From the NCBI GenBank assembly GCA_014534205.1, contig JACVRX010000001.1:1-42398 (forward strand): 42,398 bases of DNA, written 5' to 3'. This document shows, in pieces, positions 15,862 to 24,718 of this stretch. The stretch comes from Jiangellaceae bacterium (GTDB taxonomy: Bacteria > Actinomycetota > Actinomycetes > Jiangellales > Jiangellaceae). A program made the position numbers and the translations under genes. Numbering within the stretch: the stretch's first letter is position 1; each line of letters starts with the position of its first letter. The notes beneath the pieces were generated by a model. That model was not told the origin of the DNA, did no database searches, and was given only the letters and a program-made list of their open reading frames with translations.

Positions 15862-16731
15862 GTGAGTGCTCCGCCGTTCCTCGACCTGCCTGACGGCGTG
15901 TGCGCCCGCCGGGTATCGACCGATCGCGCACAGTTCGCCGCCCTGGAGGCGGGCTCAGCAGGCCCGGCAGCGCTATTCGTCCCCGGCTGGACCGGAAGCA
16001 AGGAAGACTTCATCGCGGTCCTCGCCCCCGTCGCGGCGGCCGGGTTCCGTGCCGTTGCGTACGACCAACGCGGGCAGTACGAGACGCCGGGGACGGACGC
16101 CGAGCTCGACTACACCTTGGCGGCGCTGGCGGCCGACCTGCTTGCCGTGGTGCAGGCCGTGAGTGACCGACCCGTGCACCTCGTCGGGCACTCCTTCGGG
16201 GGACTCGTCGCCCGCGGTGCCACCATCGCCGACCCCGGCGCAGTCGCATCGCTCACGTTGCTCTGCTCGGGACCCGGGCCCCAGCCGGTCGACCGCCATC
16301 AGCTGTTGCTGGCTATGGCGGACGCCATACCCGCGGTGGGGTTGCCTGGGAGCTGGCAGGCCAAGCGCGCCTACGAGCGCTCGCTCGACGGGCCGGAGCT
16401 CGCCGCAGAGATCGAGCAGTTCATGCAGCGCCGGTTCCTCGCCAACCACCCGCTCTCGCTGCGTGCCATCACGCTGCTGCTCACCAACGCCGTCGACGAC
16501 TTGGATGCCCTGGCGGCGACACGCGTCTCGGTGCAGATTGCGTTCGGCGCAGCAGACGACGGCTGGCCGCTCGACCAGCAGCGGGCGATGGCCGCCCGGC
16601 TCGGTGCACCGGTCGCCGTCATCGAGGGCGCCGGTCATTCACCCGCTGCCGAACGGCCGGCCGAGACGGTCGCCGCGCTCGTGCGGTTCTGGGCGGATAT
16701 CGAACCCGGTCAGCCCCGGAAAGACGGCTGA
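15862..16731 (+). CDS. Alpha/beta-fold hydrolase
   Basis: ORF 15754..16731, trimmed to GTG 15862. Nucleophile elbow VGHSFGG. ALFVPGWTGSKEDF and AYDQRGQYETPG are also present. Confidence 0.8.
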   Translation: MSAPPFLDLPDGVCARRVSTDRAQFAALEAGSAGPAALFVPGWTGSKEDFIAVLAPVAAAGFRAVAYDQRGQYETPGTDAELDYTLAALAADLLAVVQAVSDRPVHLVGHSFGGLVARGATIADPGAVASLTLLCSGPGPQPVDRHQLLLAMADAIPAVGLPGSWQAKRAYERSLDGPELAAEIEQFMQRRFLANHPLSLRAITLLLTNAVDDLDALAATRVSVQIAFGAADDGWPLDQQRAMAARLGAPVAVIEGAGHSPAAERPAETVAALVRFWADIEPGQPRKDG

Positions 16732-17115
16732 GCGGCGATACGGCGGCTGAGCAGCGGTACGGGCTGCTCGAGCCCGACGTTGGTCACGGCACTCGCAGAC
16801 GCCGCAAACCCCGCGGGGATCCAGCTCGGTGACCAGCTCACCGAGCTGCTCTCTCACCAACCGTCTCGAACATATGCCCACACCAACGGCGGCCACCGAC
16901 AGCACACGATGTGAGCAAGGGCGCTGCGCACAACCCGAATCGCAGCCCGCAGGACAACGAATTCGCCAACCGAGCTGTCAGGTCGCACTCCGCTCGGCGC
17001 GCACGTGAACCTACACATCTAGGCGGCTCGCCGGAGGACTCGTGGCACTGGTTGGCCTGGTCGGCAAGGGCACGCTGCTTATCCGGCGGGCGCTCGGTCC
17101 CGCCCGCCGAGACCC

Positions 17116-17718
17116 TCACGCCCCGGAGACGTACGCCCGCACCGCCTCGGCCACCAGTTGCACCGCAATGGCGGCGAGCAACAGGCCGGCGATCCGGCTG
17201 AGCAGCTGGATCCCGGAGTCCTTCAGGACGCGCCGGATGACCACGCTGAAGCCCAGCACCGCCCACAGCACCAGGTGCACTGCCACGATCGCCAGGCCAA
17301 CGGCGGCGAAGTCCGTGGCGTCCTCGGCGTCCTGGACGAACACCATGGTCGCGACAATCGCGCCTGGCCCGGCCAGTAACGGAGTGCCGAGTGGCACCAT
17401 CGCGATGTTGTCGGCCGCGGGACGCGGCGTCTCGTCCAGCTGGCCGGTCAGCAACTGCAGCGACACCAAGAGCAGCAGCAGTCCGCCCGCGGCCTGCAGC
17501 GCGGGGAGCGTGATGCCGAGGTAGTCGAGGATCACCCGACCGAACAGCGCGAACACGACGATCACCCCGAACGCCACTGCGACGGCCTGCCAGGCCGCCC
17601 GCCGACGCTCGGCAGTGCTCAGGCTGCCGGTCAGCGCCAGGAACACCGGCACGGTGCCCGGCGGGTCCATGATCACGGACAGCGTGACGAACGACTCGCC
17701 GAGCAGCCGCCAGTTCAC
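17116..17718 (-). CDS. MarC-family (UPF0056) integral membrane protein
   Basis: ORF 17116..17928, trimmed to GTG 17718 (VNWRLLGESFVTLSVIMDPPGTVPVFLALT...MVPLGTPLLAGPGAI). Confidence 0.8.
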   Translation of the reverse strand: MNWRLLGESFVTLSVIMDPPGTVPVFLALTGSLSTAERRRAAWQAVAVAFGVIVVFALFGRVILDYLGITLPALQAAGGLLLLLVSLQLLTGQLDETPRPAADNIAMVPLGTPLLAGPGAIVATMVFVQDAEDATDFAAVGLAIVAVHLVLWAVLGFSVVIRRVLKDSGIQLLSRIAGLLLAAIAVQLVAEAVRAYVSGA

Positions 17719-17785
17719 CCGGTCTACCCTCGTGCCATGATCATGTTCACTCTGCTGCCGTCCTGAGCGGCCAGGGGAAGCATGA

Positions 17786-18712
17786 TCACGGGATGGGCCG
17801 CAGCGGACTGCCGCGGCCGGCCACGCGAGTCGACGCCGCGGCGCGCTCGAGCAACCGCTCGTACTCCGCTGGGTCAGTCGTGTTGACGCCCAGCTCGTGG
17901 CCGCTCTTCCCGGTGCCGTGATAGTCACTCGACCCGGTGATCAGCAGGTCCAGTGACTCGGCGATCGCGCGTAGCGCGGCGCGGTCCTGGGCCGAGTGGT
18001 CCTCGTGGTCCACCTCGATCCCGTCCATACCGCTGCGCGCCAGCGCCGCGATCGTGTCGGCGTCGAGCACGCGCCGCGACGCGCGTCCCCACGGATGCGC
18101 GAGCACCGCAACCCCGCCCGCCGCGCGTATCAGCCGGACGGCCTCGTGGACGTCCAGCGCGTACTTCGGCACGTACGCCGGGCCGCCCTCGGACAGGAAA
18201 CGGTCGAACGCTTCGGTGCGGTCGGTCAGGTACCCCTTGGCCACCAGCGCGTCCGCGACATGCGGGCGGCCGATCGTCGTGGCCGGACCTGCCGCTGCGA
18301 GCACGTCGGAAACGTCGACGGGCAGGCCGGCCTCGGTGAGCAGTTGGGTCATCCTGGCCAATCGGTTCGCCCGGCTGTCGCGCACCTTCGTCAGCTCGTC
18401 CCGCAGCGGCTCGAAGGTGGGGTCGAGCAGGTAGCCGAGAACGTGTACGCCGGCGCCGCGCAGCCTCGTGGAGATCTCCGCGCCGGGCACGACCACGACT
18501 CCGGTGTCGTCGGCGGCCGTCAGCGCGATCGGCCAGCCGTCGAACGTGTCGTGGTCGGTGAGCGCAACCACGTCCAAGCCGGCGGCAGCCGCCCGGTGAA
18601 CCAGCGTGTCAGGGGACACGGTGCCATCGGAGACGTTGCTGTGGGTGTGCAGGTCGATGCGCAACGGCCGGCCCCGTTTCCGGTGGAGAGGAAGCGATGG
18701 TAGAGGCAGCAT
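17786..18712 (-). CDS. PHP-domain metal-dependent phosphoesterase (TrpH/YciV-like)
   Basis: ORF 17786..18913, trimmed to ATG 18712, which overlaps the upstream stop as TGATG. Motif: RIDLHTHSNVSDGTVSPDTLVHRAAAAGLDVVALTDHDT. Confidence 0.85.
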   Translation of the reverse strand: MLPLPSLPLHRKRGRPLRIDLHTHSNVSDGTVSPDTLVHRAAAAGLDVVALTDHDTFDGWPIALTAADDTGVVVVPGAEISTRLRGAGVHVLGYLLDPTFEPLRDELTKVRDSRANRLARMTQLLTEAGLPVDVSDVLAAAGPATTIGRPHVADALVAKGYLTDRTEAFDRFLSEGGPAYVPKYALDVHEAVRLIRAAGGVAVLAHPWGRASRRVLDADTIAALARSGMDGIEVDHEDHSAQDRAALRAIAESLDLLITGSSDYHGTGKSGHELGVNTTDPAEYERLLERAAASTRVAGRGSPLRPIP

Positions 18713-19347
18713 CAACCGGACGTGGTCAGCCAGGGCGGCGGGGTCCCGTACGGCAGCAGGTCCACCTCGTGCCCGAGGTCGCGGACGTCCTCTACCGGCA
18801 GATCCTCCAGCAGCAGGATGCCGGCGCTGTTCGGCCGGAAGATCGCCCACAGCCAATCGCCCGCCCACTGCCCGACGTACACCGCACAGTCCCCGCGCAC
18901 ATCGACCCACCACAATGGCAACGGCCGGCTTTCGTACTCCAGCCGCGCTTGCGGCTCCTGCTTCACGGCGTCGCCTGGGTCGGAGCCGTCCATGCCCGCG
19001 TAGCGAGCGCCGAGCCCCACACCGGGCTCCTCGGCAACGAGCAGCAGGTCGGCGGGTCCACCCAGCGGATGCGGCCCGCTCACCGCGACACCGCTGGCCC
19101 GTGTGCCCGAGACGTCGTCACCGGCGTGCATGATCGCGCTCACTACCCAGCCGCGCGGCATCGGCCAGGGCAGCCACAGCGGCACCGCCGACCGCGCGGC
19201 GAGCTGGCGGGCCAGCCGTGCGCTCGGCGCGACTACGGGGTGCAACGGGTAGACCTCCCCGTGCTGCGCGCAGGTCCACCGGTTGGACCACAACCCCGGT
19301 GGGTGCACCTCGCCGCCGCAGCGCGGGCAGGTGGGCTCGGCCTTCAC
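18712..19347 (-). CDS. Conserved hypothetical protein with an N-terminal zinc-ribbon-like motif
   Basis: MKAEPTCPRCGGEVHPPGLWSNRWTCAQHGEVYPL.... Third-position GC is high, and the gene is translationally coupled to the PHP gene. Confidence 0.7.
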   Translation of the reverse strand: MKAEPTCPRCGGEVHPPGLWSNRWTCAQHGEVYPLHPVVAPSARLARQLAARSAVPLWLPWPMPRGWVVSAIMHAGDDVSGTRASGVAVSGPHPLGGPADLLLVAEEPGVGLGARYAGMDGSDPGDAVKQEPQARLEYESRPLPLWWVDVRGDCAVYVGQWAGDWLWAIFRPNSAGILLLEDLPVEDVRDLGHEVDLLPYGTPPPWLTTSG

Positions 19348-19481
19348 GCGGGGAACGCTCCCGCGAAGATCGCCGACTCGTCAACCTCATGCTTCTGGAG
19401 GCGGTCGGGTGAACCACGAGAGGCAAGCTATGCCACAGGTGACAGCGGCCGGTTTGGGCCGGTCGGGTGCGGAGGTGTGCC

Positions 19482-20471
19482 ATGACCGTGGTCGACTGGG
19501 CGTTGTACCGCGACGGCATGCGGGAGTCGGCCACATCGCCGAGGGAGGCGATCGACTCGGCCCGTCGCAACGGTGGTTTCGTCTGGATTGGGCTCCACCA
19601 GCCGGACGAGAGCCAGCTCAACAAGATCGCTCAGGAGTTCTCCCTGCACCCTCTCGCGGTGGAGGACGCGGTGCACGCGCACCAGCGGCCCAAACTGGAG
19701 CGATACGGCGACACCCTCTTCGTCGTCTTCAAGACCGTGCGGTACGTCCCGCACACCGAGGTGACCGAGTCGAGCGAGATCGTCGAGACCGGCGAGCTGA
19801 TGCTGTTCGTCGGGGACTGCTTCGTCGTGACCGTCCGCCACGGCGAGCACGGCGCGCTCAAGCCGGTGCGTGATCGACTGGAAAATGACCCGGACATGCT
19901 GCACCGCGGGTCGTCTGCGGTGCTGTATGCGGTCGCCGACCAGATCGTCGACACCTACCTCGACGTCGCCGACCGGATTCAGGACGACATCACGGAGCTG
20001 GAAGAGGAGGCGTTCTCCGACCCGGGCGGTCGCGACGCCGCTCGGGTGTACCACGTCAAGAGGGAGCTGCTGGAGTTCCGCAGGGCGGTCAACCCGCTTG
20101 CCCAGCCGATGCGGATGCTGACGGGTACACAGCTCCCAGCCGTCGACCCAAAGGTGCGCCATTACTTCCGCGACGTCGAGGACCACCTCACCCGGGTACA
20201 GGAGACCGTCGCGGCCTACGATGAGCTGCTCACGTCGATGCTGCAGGCGAACCTCGCCCAGCTCTCGGTGGCCCAGAACGCCGACATGCGCAAGATCACT
20301 TCCTGGGCCGCCATCATCGCGGTGCCGACGGCGATCGCCGGAATCTACGGCATGAATTTCACGCACATGCCCGAGCTGACGTGGCGGTTCGGCTATCCGC
20401 TGGTGATGGCGGTCATCGGTCTCGTCTGCCTGCTGCTGTACCGCGGCTTCAAGCGCAACGGCTGGCTGTAG
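19482..20471 (+). CDS. corA: CorA-family magnesium/cobalt transporter
   Basis: ATG 19482 has GGAGGTG 5 nt upstream. The GMN signature is GIYGMNFTHMPEL, followed by two C-terminal TM helices. Confidence 0.9.
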   Translation: MTVVDWALYRDGMRESATSPREAIDSARRNGGFVWIGLHQPDESQLNKIAQEFSLHPLAVEDAVHAHQRPKLERYGDTLFVVFKTVRYVPHTEVTESSEIVETGELMLFVGDCFVVTVRHGEHGALKPVRDRLENDPDMLHRGSSAVLYAVADQIVDTYLDVADRIQDDITELEEEAFSDPGGRDAARVYHVKRELLEFRRAVNPLAQPMRMLTGTQLPAVDPKVRHYFRDVEDHLTRVQETVAAYDELLTSMLQANLAQLSVAQNADMRKITSWAAIIAVPTAIAGIYGMNFTHMPELTWRFGYPLVMAVIGLVCLLLYRGFKRNGWL

Positions 20472-20477
20472 GGAGTC

Positions 20478-21815
20478 TCACGGCCGCACGTTCAAGTTGT
20501 GACTGAAAACGTTGGTGGGGTCGTACCTGCGCTTGACCTCCCGCAGGCGCTGCAGCGTGGGCGCCGGGTAGACGTCGGTGACGTCATCGTTCGGGTTGCC
20601 GAGGAAGCCGGGATAGGCCCCAATACCCAACGCCTTGATCGAGTCGAAGGGGCGTAACTCCTGGACCAACTGCTCCGTGGTGGCGTCGGTCGGCAGGAAC
20701 GCGGCGCCGACCAGCATGGCCTCCGCCGTCCGGTGCGCGAACGCCGTCGCCCCGGACGACACTCGACCGACGGCACCGCCCAACGCCCGGACAAAGGCAA
20801 GGCGACCCGCGGTTCCGCCGGCATACCAATCGGCGACCTCGGCAACCACTTCGTCGGACACCGACTCGATCAAGGTGTTGGTGGCCATCGCTGTTACGCC
20901 CGGCGGCGGGTGCGCTTCCTCGAGGACGTCGGCGTATGTCTTCTCGGCGATCTCCGCGCTGACCACGCCATCCAGCGCGAGCAGCGGAGCAAAGGCCGCG
21001 TCCGCGGCGGCTTGGTCGGCCCCGGAGTAGCACACCATGCCTATAGCCATGGCGGGCATCTCGTCGCCGAACGCCGGCATCAACACCAGCGTTGAGTTGA
21101 GCTCGTGGGGACCGGCTCGATGAGCGTCGCACCAGCCACGAAGGAGGCCGGATACATCGCCGACGGAGTACGTGATGGTGCCTGCGTGCACCCTGGTGAC
21201 CCGCTGAGCCAGGAACTCGAAAGACGTGACGACCCCAAAGTTGCCGCCGCCGCCGCGGATCGCCCAGAACAAGTCGGAATTCTGATCGTCGTTGAGCGGT
21301 AGCTCTTCGCCGGCTGCCGTGACGATGTCAGCCGCGACGAGACTGTCGATGGTGAGCCCGTGATTGCGCACCATCCACCCGATCCCACCGCCCACGGTCA
21401 GGCCGCCGACACCGACGGATTTGGTGTCACCCGACGTCAGCGACAACCCGTGCACGCCAAGCGTGGTCGCAACCTCACCCCAGGTGGCGCCAGCACCGAC
21501 GCGAACCCGTCCCGTCGCGTCGTCGAGCACGTCGATGGAGTCCAACCCGGACAGGTCGATGACCACACCGCCGTCGTTGGTGCCATACGCAAGTGCGCTG
21601 TGGCCGCCGCTCTTCACCGACAGCACCATGTGGTGGTCGACGGCGTGCTGGATCCCGGCGGCCACTCCGGCGCGGCTGCGCGGCTGAACCACGAGGGCTG
21701 GGCGGCCGGTGCGCATGTAGGTGGTGGCGGCCTCGTCGTAGCCGGGATCACCCGGTCGGAGCATGATGGCGGAAGTCAGATCTGCGGTCATGTGGAATCC
21801 CGTCGTCGACGTCAC
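20478..21815 (-). CDS. FAD-linked oxidoreductase (PCMH-type FAD-binding domain plus BBE-like C-terminus)
   Basis: VLSVKSGGHSALAYG, WAIRGGGGNFGVVTSFEF, and C-terminal LQRLREVKRRYDPTNVFSHNLNVRP. The start is either GTG 21815 or ATG 21791. Confidence 0.85.
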   Translation of the reverse strand: MTSTTGFHMTADLTSAIMLRPGDPGYDEAATTYMRTGRPALVVQPRSRAGVAAGIQHAVDHHMVLSVKSGGHSALAYGTNDGGVVIDLSGLDSIDVLDDATGRVRVGAGATWGEVATTLGVHGLSLTSGDTKSVGVGGLTVGGGIGWMVRNHGLTIDSLVAADIVTAAGEELPLNDDQNSDLFWAIRGGGGNFGVVTSFEFLAQRVTRVHAGTITYSVGDVSGLLRGWCDAHRAGPHELNSTLVLMPAFGDEMPAMAIGMVCYSGADQAAADAAFAPLLALDGVVSAEIAEKTYADVLEEAHPPPGVTAMATNTLIESVSDEVVAEVADWYAGGTAGRLAFVRALGGAVGRVSSGATAFAHRTAEAMLVGAAFLPTDATTEQLVQELRPFDSIKALGIGAYPGFLGNPNDDVTDVYPAPTLQRLREVKRRYDPTNVFSHNLNVRP

Positions 21816-21907
21816 TCACTACTCTGACCAAAGCCACCGACAGAACTCATCGGCGATCGACGGGGGCATCGACCCCACGGGTGAGGACGCGTGCCGCGGC
21901 CGCCCGT

Positions 21908-22378
21908 CTATGAGATCTTCAAGGCCAGCTTGGCGAGCAGGTCGCGCGCCTGGTCGGCGTGCTGGTGCTGGCAGAAGATCTCATATTTGCTCGCGATCGT
22001 CACACTCTTACTGGTGAAGTCACGACGTCCGCCGGTGGCGGCGTACCCCACCAGCGCGAAGATCAACATGAAGATCGCGCCCCAGATCACGCTGAACAGG
22101 ATGATCCGGCCCCAGCCGCCGGTAGTGAACAGACCGAGCAGCAGGCCGACGAACAGGCCCAGCCAGGCGCCGCCCGCCAGGCCCCCGAGAGCGACCTTCC
22201 CCCAGGTCAGCCGGCCGGTGACCCGTTCCACCTGGCGCAGGTCGGTGCCCACGATGGCCAGGTTCTGGACTGGGAACTTCTGGTCGGACAGGTAGTCGAC
22301 GGCGCGTTGGGCGTCGGCGTACGTGTCGTACGTGCCGACCGGGAGTCCGGTCGGGAGTCCTGGTACCGGGCTGGCCAT
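21908..22378 (-). CDS. Conserved membrane protein (soluble N-terminal domain plus TM helices; general-stress-protein-17M-like)
   Basis: AGGAGGA lies 5 nt upstream of ATG 22378. Sequence: YDTYADAQRAVDYLSDQKFPVQNLAIVGTDLR, followed by hydrophobic helices. Confidence 0.7.
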   Translation of the reverse strand: MASPVPGLPTGLPVGTYDTYADAQRAVDYLSDQKFPVQNLAIVGTDLRQVERVTGRLTWGKVALGGLAGGAWLGLFVGLLLGLFTTGGWGRIILFSVIWGAIFMLIFALVGYAATGGRRDFTSKSVTIASKYEIFCQHQHADQARDLLAKLALKIS

Positions 22379-22515
22379 CTCCGTCCTCCTGTGGATCGGT
22401 GTCCCGGGTCTGTCGTACCGGTCATACCCGTCGACGGCGACGTCGCCACGCCGCTATGCGCGCACGGCGCACCCCTCGGGCAACCGCCGGCCGATGTGTC
22501 GGCCGCCACCGTCTT

Positions 22516-22553
22516 GGAATGATTACGTACAGCCGGCTCATTCGTACGCGCCG
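22516..22553 (-). repeat. Degenerate relic of the tail end of the palindromic repeat
   Basis: GGAATGATTACGTACAGCCGGCTCATTCGTAC, compared with GGAATGACCACGTACACCATGTCTGCCCGTAC at the left end of copy F. GGAATGA, ACGTACA and CGTAC are retained. Confidence 0.4.
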
Positions 22554-22581
22554 TAGCCGCCGAAGAACGCCAGGAACTGGA

Positions 22582-23094
22582 CTACCCAGCGGCGGCCGCA
22601 GCCGCCAACCACTGCGGCATCCGTTCTGCCGCCGTGACGCCGATCGCGAGCACCAGAGCGGCGTGGCCCTTGGGCTCGTACGGCGTGACGAGCAGCCGCA
22701 ACCTCGCTTCGTCCGGCGTCCGATCGGCCTTGGCCTGGTTGCACGGAACGCAGGCGGCCACCGTGTTGAGCCAGCCCCGCTCGTCGCCCCCGCGAGAGAC
22801 CGGCAGCACGTGGTCGATCGTGGTGGCCTTACCGGCACAGTAGGCACAGCGATGCCGATCGCGGTCAAGGACGCCGCGGCGTGACCACGGCAGCTTGCGC
22901 CGGTACGGCACTCGGACGAACTTCAGCAGCCGAACGACCAGCGGGGTGGGCAGTTCGCGGCTCGGTGAGCGGATCGGCCGCTCGTCGTCGGCGTGCTCCA
23001 TGACGGCCTTCTCGGTCAGCACGAGGATCACCGCGCGGCGCACCGACACGACGGCGAGCGGCTCGTAGGAGGCGTTGAGCACCAGCGTCTGCAT
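22582..23094 (-). CDS. HNH endonuclease (stand-alone, McrA-like)
   Basis: ORF 22582..23124, trimmed to ATG 23094, with AAGGAGG 8 nt upstream. Motif: DRHRCAYCAGKATTIDHVLPVSRGGDERGWLNTVAACVPCNQAKADR. Confidence 0.85.
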   Translation of the reverse strand: MQTLVLNASYEPLAVVSVRRAVILVLTEKAVMEHADDERPIRSPSRELPTPLVVRLLKFVRVPYRRKLPWSRRGVLDRDRHRCAYCAGKATTIDHVLPVSRGGDERGWLNTVAACVPCNQAKADRTPDEARLRLLVTPYEPKGHAALVLAIGVTAAERMPQWLAAAAAAG

Positions 23095-23289
23095 GGGTGC
23101 CGCCTCCTTCATTCCACCGCGCAACGAGCAAACTCTAAATGATCGCCCTCAGCGGAACTCAAGACGGATCACCCCCGGACGAGCTGATTACGGTGCGCCC
23201 CCGGACGACCTCAATACAGTGCTCTCGGTGGTGTCGAAGGGAACCGGCATGCCGAGTCACGGGCCCACCCGGCCACAGCGCCGCTCCAA

Positions 23290-23333
23290 CATTGTCGCGG
23301 CATTGTCGCGGCATTGTCGCGGCATTGTCGCGG
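23290..23333. repeat. Tandem direct repeat, 4 x 11 nt (CATTGTCGCGG), followed by a degenerate fifth unit
   Basis: Units at 23290-23300, 23301-23311, 23312-23322 and 23323-23333 are identical. The next 11 nt (CCATGTCCGGC) are a partial match. Confidence 0.9.
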
Positions 23334-23545
23334 CCATGTCCGGCTCGGGAGCGCCATGACGGGGCGCTCACCGCGGCATTGCGGACAATCCAGCCCGTGC
23401 AGCTGTGGCCCGGCGGCGGGCTCCACGGGCCGCTCCGGCGGGCCGGCCAATGCCGGCGACCGGCGCAGTGCTCGTCGTTGCCGCGCGGTCGCGGTGAACC
23501 CGTCCACGCCACCCGAAGGGCATCATCACCGCGGCGGCCGCCGGG

Positions 23546-23626
23546 CCATCACCAGGCCTGCTCGTACATCACCAGGCCTGCAGGCCTGGTGATGTACGAG
23601 CAGGGGTGGTGTACGTGGTCATTCCA
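23546..23626 (+). repeat. Palindromic intergenic repeat, copy C (perfect 48-nt palindrome at 23557-23604)
   Basis: CCATCACCAGGCCTGCTCGTACATCACCAGGCCTGCAGGCCTGGTGATGTACGAGCAGGGGTGGTGTACGTGGTCATTCCAG. It ends 28 nt beyond the stop of the lyase gene. Confidence 0.95.
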
Positions 23627-23653
23627 GAGAGTTACCGGGCCGATCGGGTTGAG

Positions 23654-24655
23654 TTATTCGGTGGCTGGAGGGGTGAACGAGGAGGTGCGGGTGAGGCCGG
23701 CGGCGCGGCCTTGCGCGGCGAGCACCAGGGCCATCTTGCGGGACGCCTCGTCGATCATCTCGTCGCCCAGCATGACCGCCCCGAGCTTCCCGCCCGCCTC
23801 GGACGTGTACCAGTCATAGGCGTCCAGGATCAGCTCCGCGTGGTCGTAGTCCTCCTGCCTCGGCGTATACATCTCGTTGGCGGCCTCGATCTGCCCAGGA
23901 TGGAGCACCCACTTGCCGTCGAAGCCGAGCGCCGCCGACCGGCGGGCCACCCGACGGAAACCGGCGACGTCGCGGATGTGCGGATACGGCCCATCGATCG
24001 CCTGCTTGTCGTATGCCCGCGCCGCAATCAGGATCCGCATCAGGATGTAGTGGTAGGCATCGCCGACGTCGTATCCGGCTGGCTGCTCCCCCACGACGAG
24101 CGAGCGCATGTTGATCGACGCCATGAAGTCCGTCGGCCCGAAGATGATCGACTCGATGCGCGGCGACGCCTGAGCGATTGCGTCGACGTTGACCAGGCCG
24201 ACCGCGTTCTCGATCTGCGCTTCGAAGCCGATCCGGCCGCGCTCCAGCCCCAGACTCCCTTCCAGCTGGGTGAGCAGCAGGTCCAGTGCAACTACCTGCT
24301 CGGCGCTCTGCACCTTCGGCAGCATCAGGCAGTCCAGGTGCTCACCCGCTCCCTCCACCACCTGGATGACGTCGGCGTAAGTCCACGTCGTCGTCCAGTC
24401 GTTGACCCGCACCACTCGTGTCTTGCCGGTCCAGTCCCCACCGGTCAGCGCGGCGACGACGTTCTTGCGCGCGTCTCGCTTGGCGAGCGGCGCCACCGAG
24501 TCCTCCAGGTCAAGGAACACCTGGTCGGCGGGCAGTCCCTGGGACTTGTCGAGCATCTTCGGGCTGGAACCCGGCACAGCCAGGCACGACCGGCGGGCCC
24601 GCGTTGGACGCGACACCGGACGCACTCTAGCCAGCCGTCGTTGCGCCCACCGCAT
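23654..24655 (-). CDS. HpcH/HpaI aldolase / CitE-family CoA-ester lyase (malyl-CoA / beta-methylmalyl-CoA lyase-like)
   Basis: RRSCLAVPGSSPKMLDKSQGLPADQVFLDLEDSVAPLAKRDARKNVV...VVRVNDWTTTWTYADV...LMLPKV. I place the start at ATG 24655. The ORF track begins at TTG 24691. Confidence 0.8.
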   Translation of the reverse strand: MRWAQRRLARVRPVSRPTRARRSCLAVPGSSPKMLDKSQGLPADQVFLDLEDSVAPLAKRDARKNVVAALTGGDWTGKTRVVRVNDWTTTWTYADVIQVVEGAGEHLDCLMLPKVQSAEQVVALDLLLTQLEGSLGLERGRIGFEAQIENAVGLVNVDAIAQASPRIESIIFGPTDFMASINMRSLVVGEQPAGYDVGDAYHYILMRILIAARAYDKQAIDGPYPHIRDVAGFRRVARRSAALGFDGKWVLHPGQIEAANEMYTPRQEDYDHAELILDAYDWYTSEAGGKLGAVMLGDEMIDEASRKMALVLAAQGRAAGLTRTSSFTPPATE

Positions 24656-24718
24656 GTCGTGTCGTGGTGTTGGTTGATCTCCGTTCGACAAGACAACGAC
24701 AAGACAACAAGGGGCGAC

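Noticed and set aside
16639-16905. 88-aa minus-strand ORF with a CGVCEC motif (possible small zinc-binding protein)
   Set aside because: It overlaps the 3' end of the alpha/beta hydrolase gene by about 90 nt. Its codon bias is mixed, it has no ribosome-binding site, and the C-terminal half is Arg/Pro-rich junk.
22582-23094. HNH endonuclease as part of a restriction-modification or mobile (homing) element
   Set aside because: There is no adjacent methyltransferase, helicase, intein/intron context or integrase. The gene is a small stand-alone HNH of a type I recall as widely conserved in Actinobacteria. Only its upstream spacer is unusual.
24686-24707. 2 x 11-nt direct repeat CGACAAGACAA at the lyase gene 5' end
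   Set aside because: There are only two units, in an AT-richer spacer. That is too little to distinguish it from a chance duplication, so it is recorded here and not reported as a finding.
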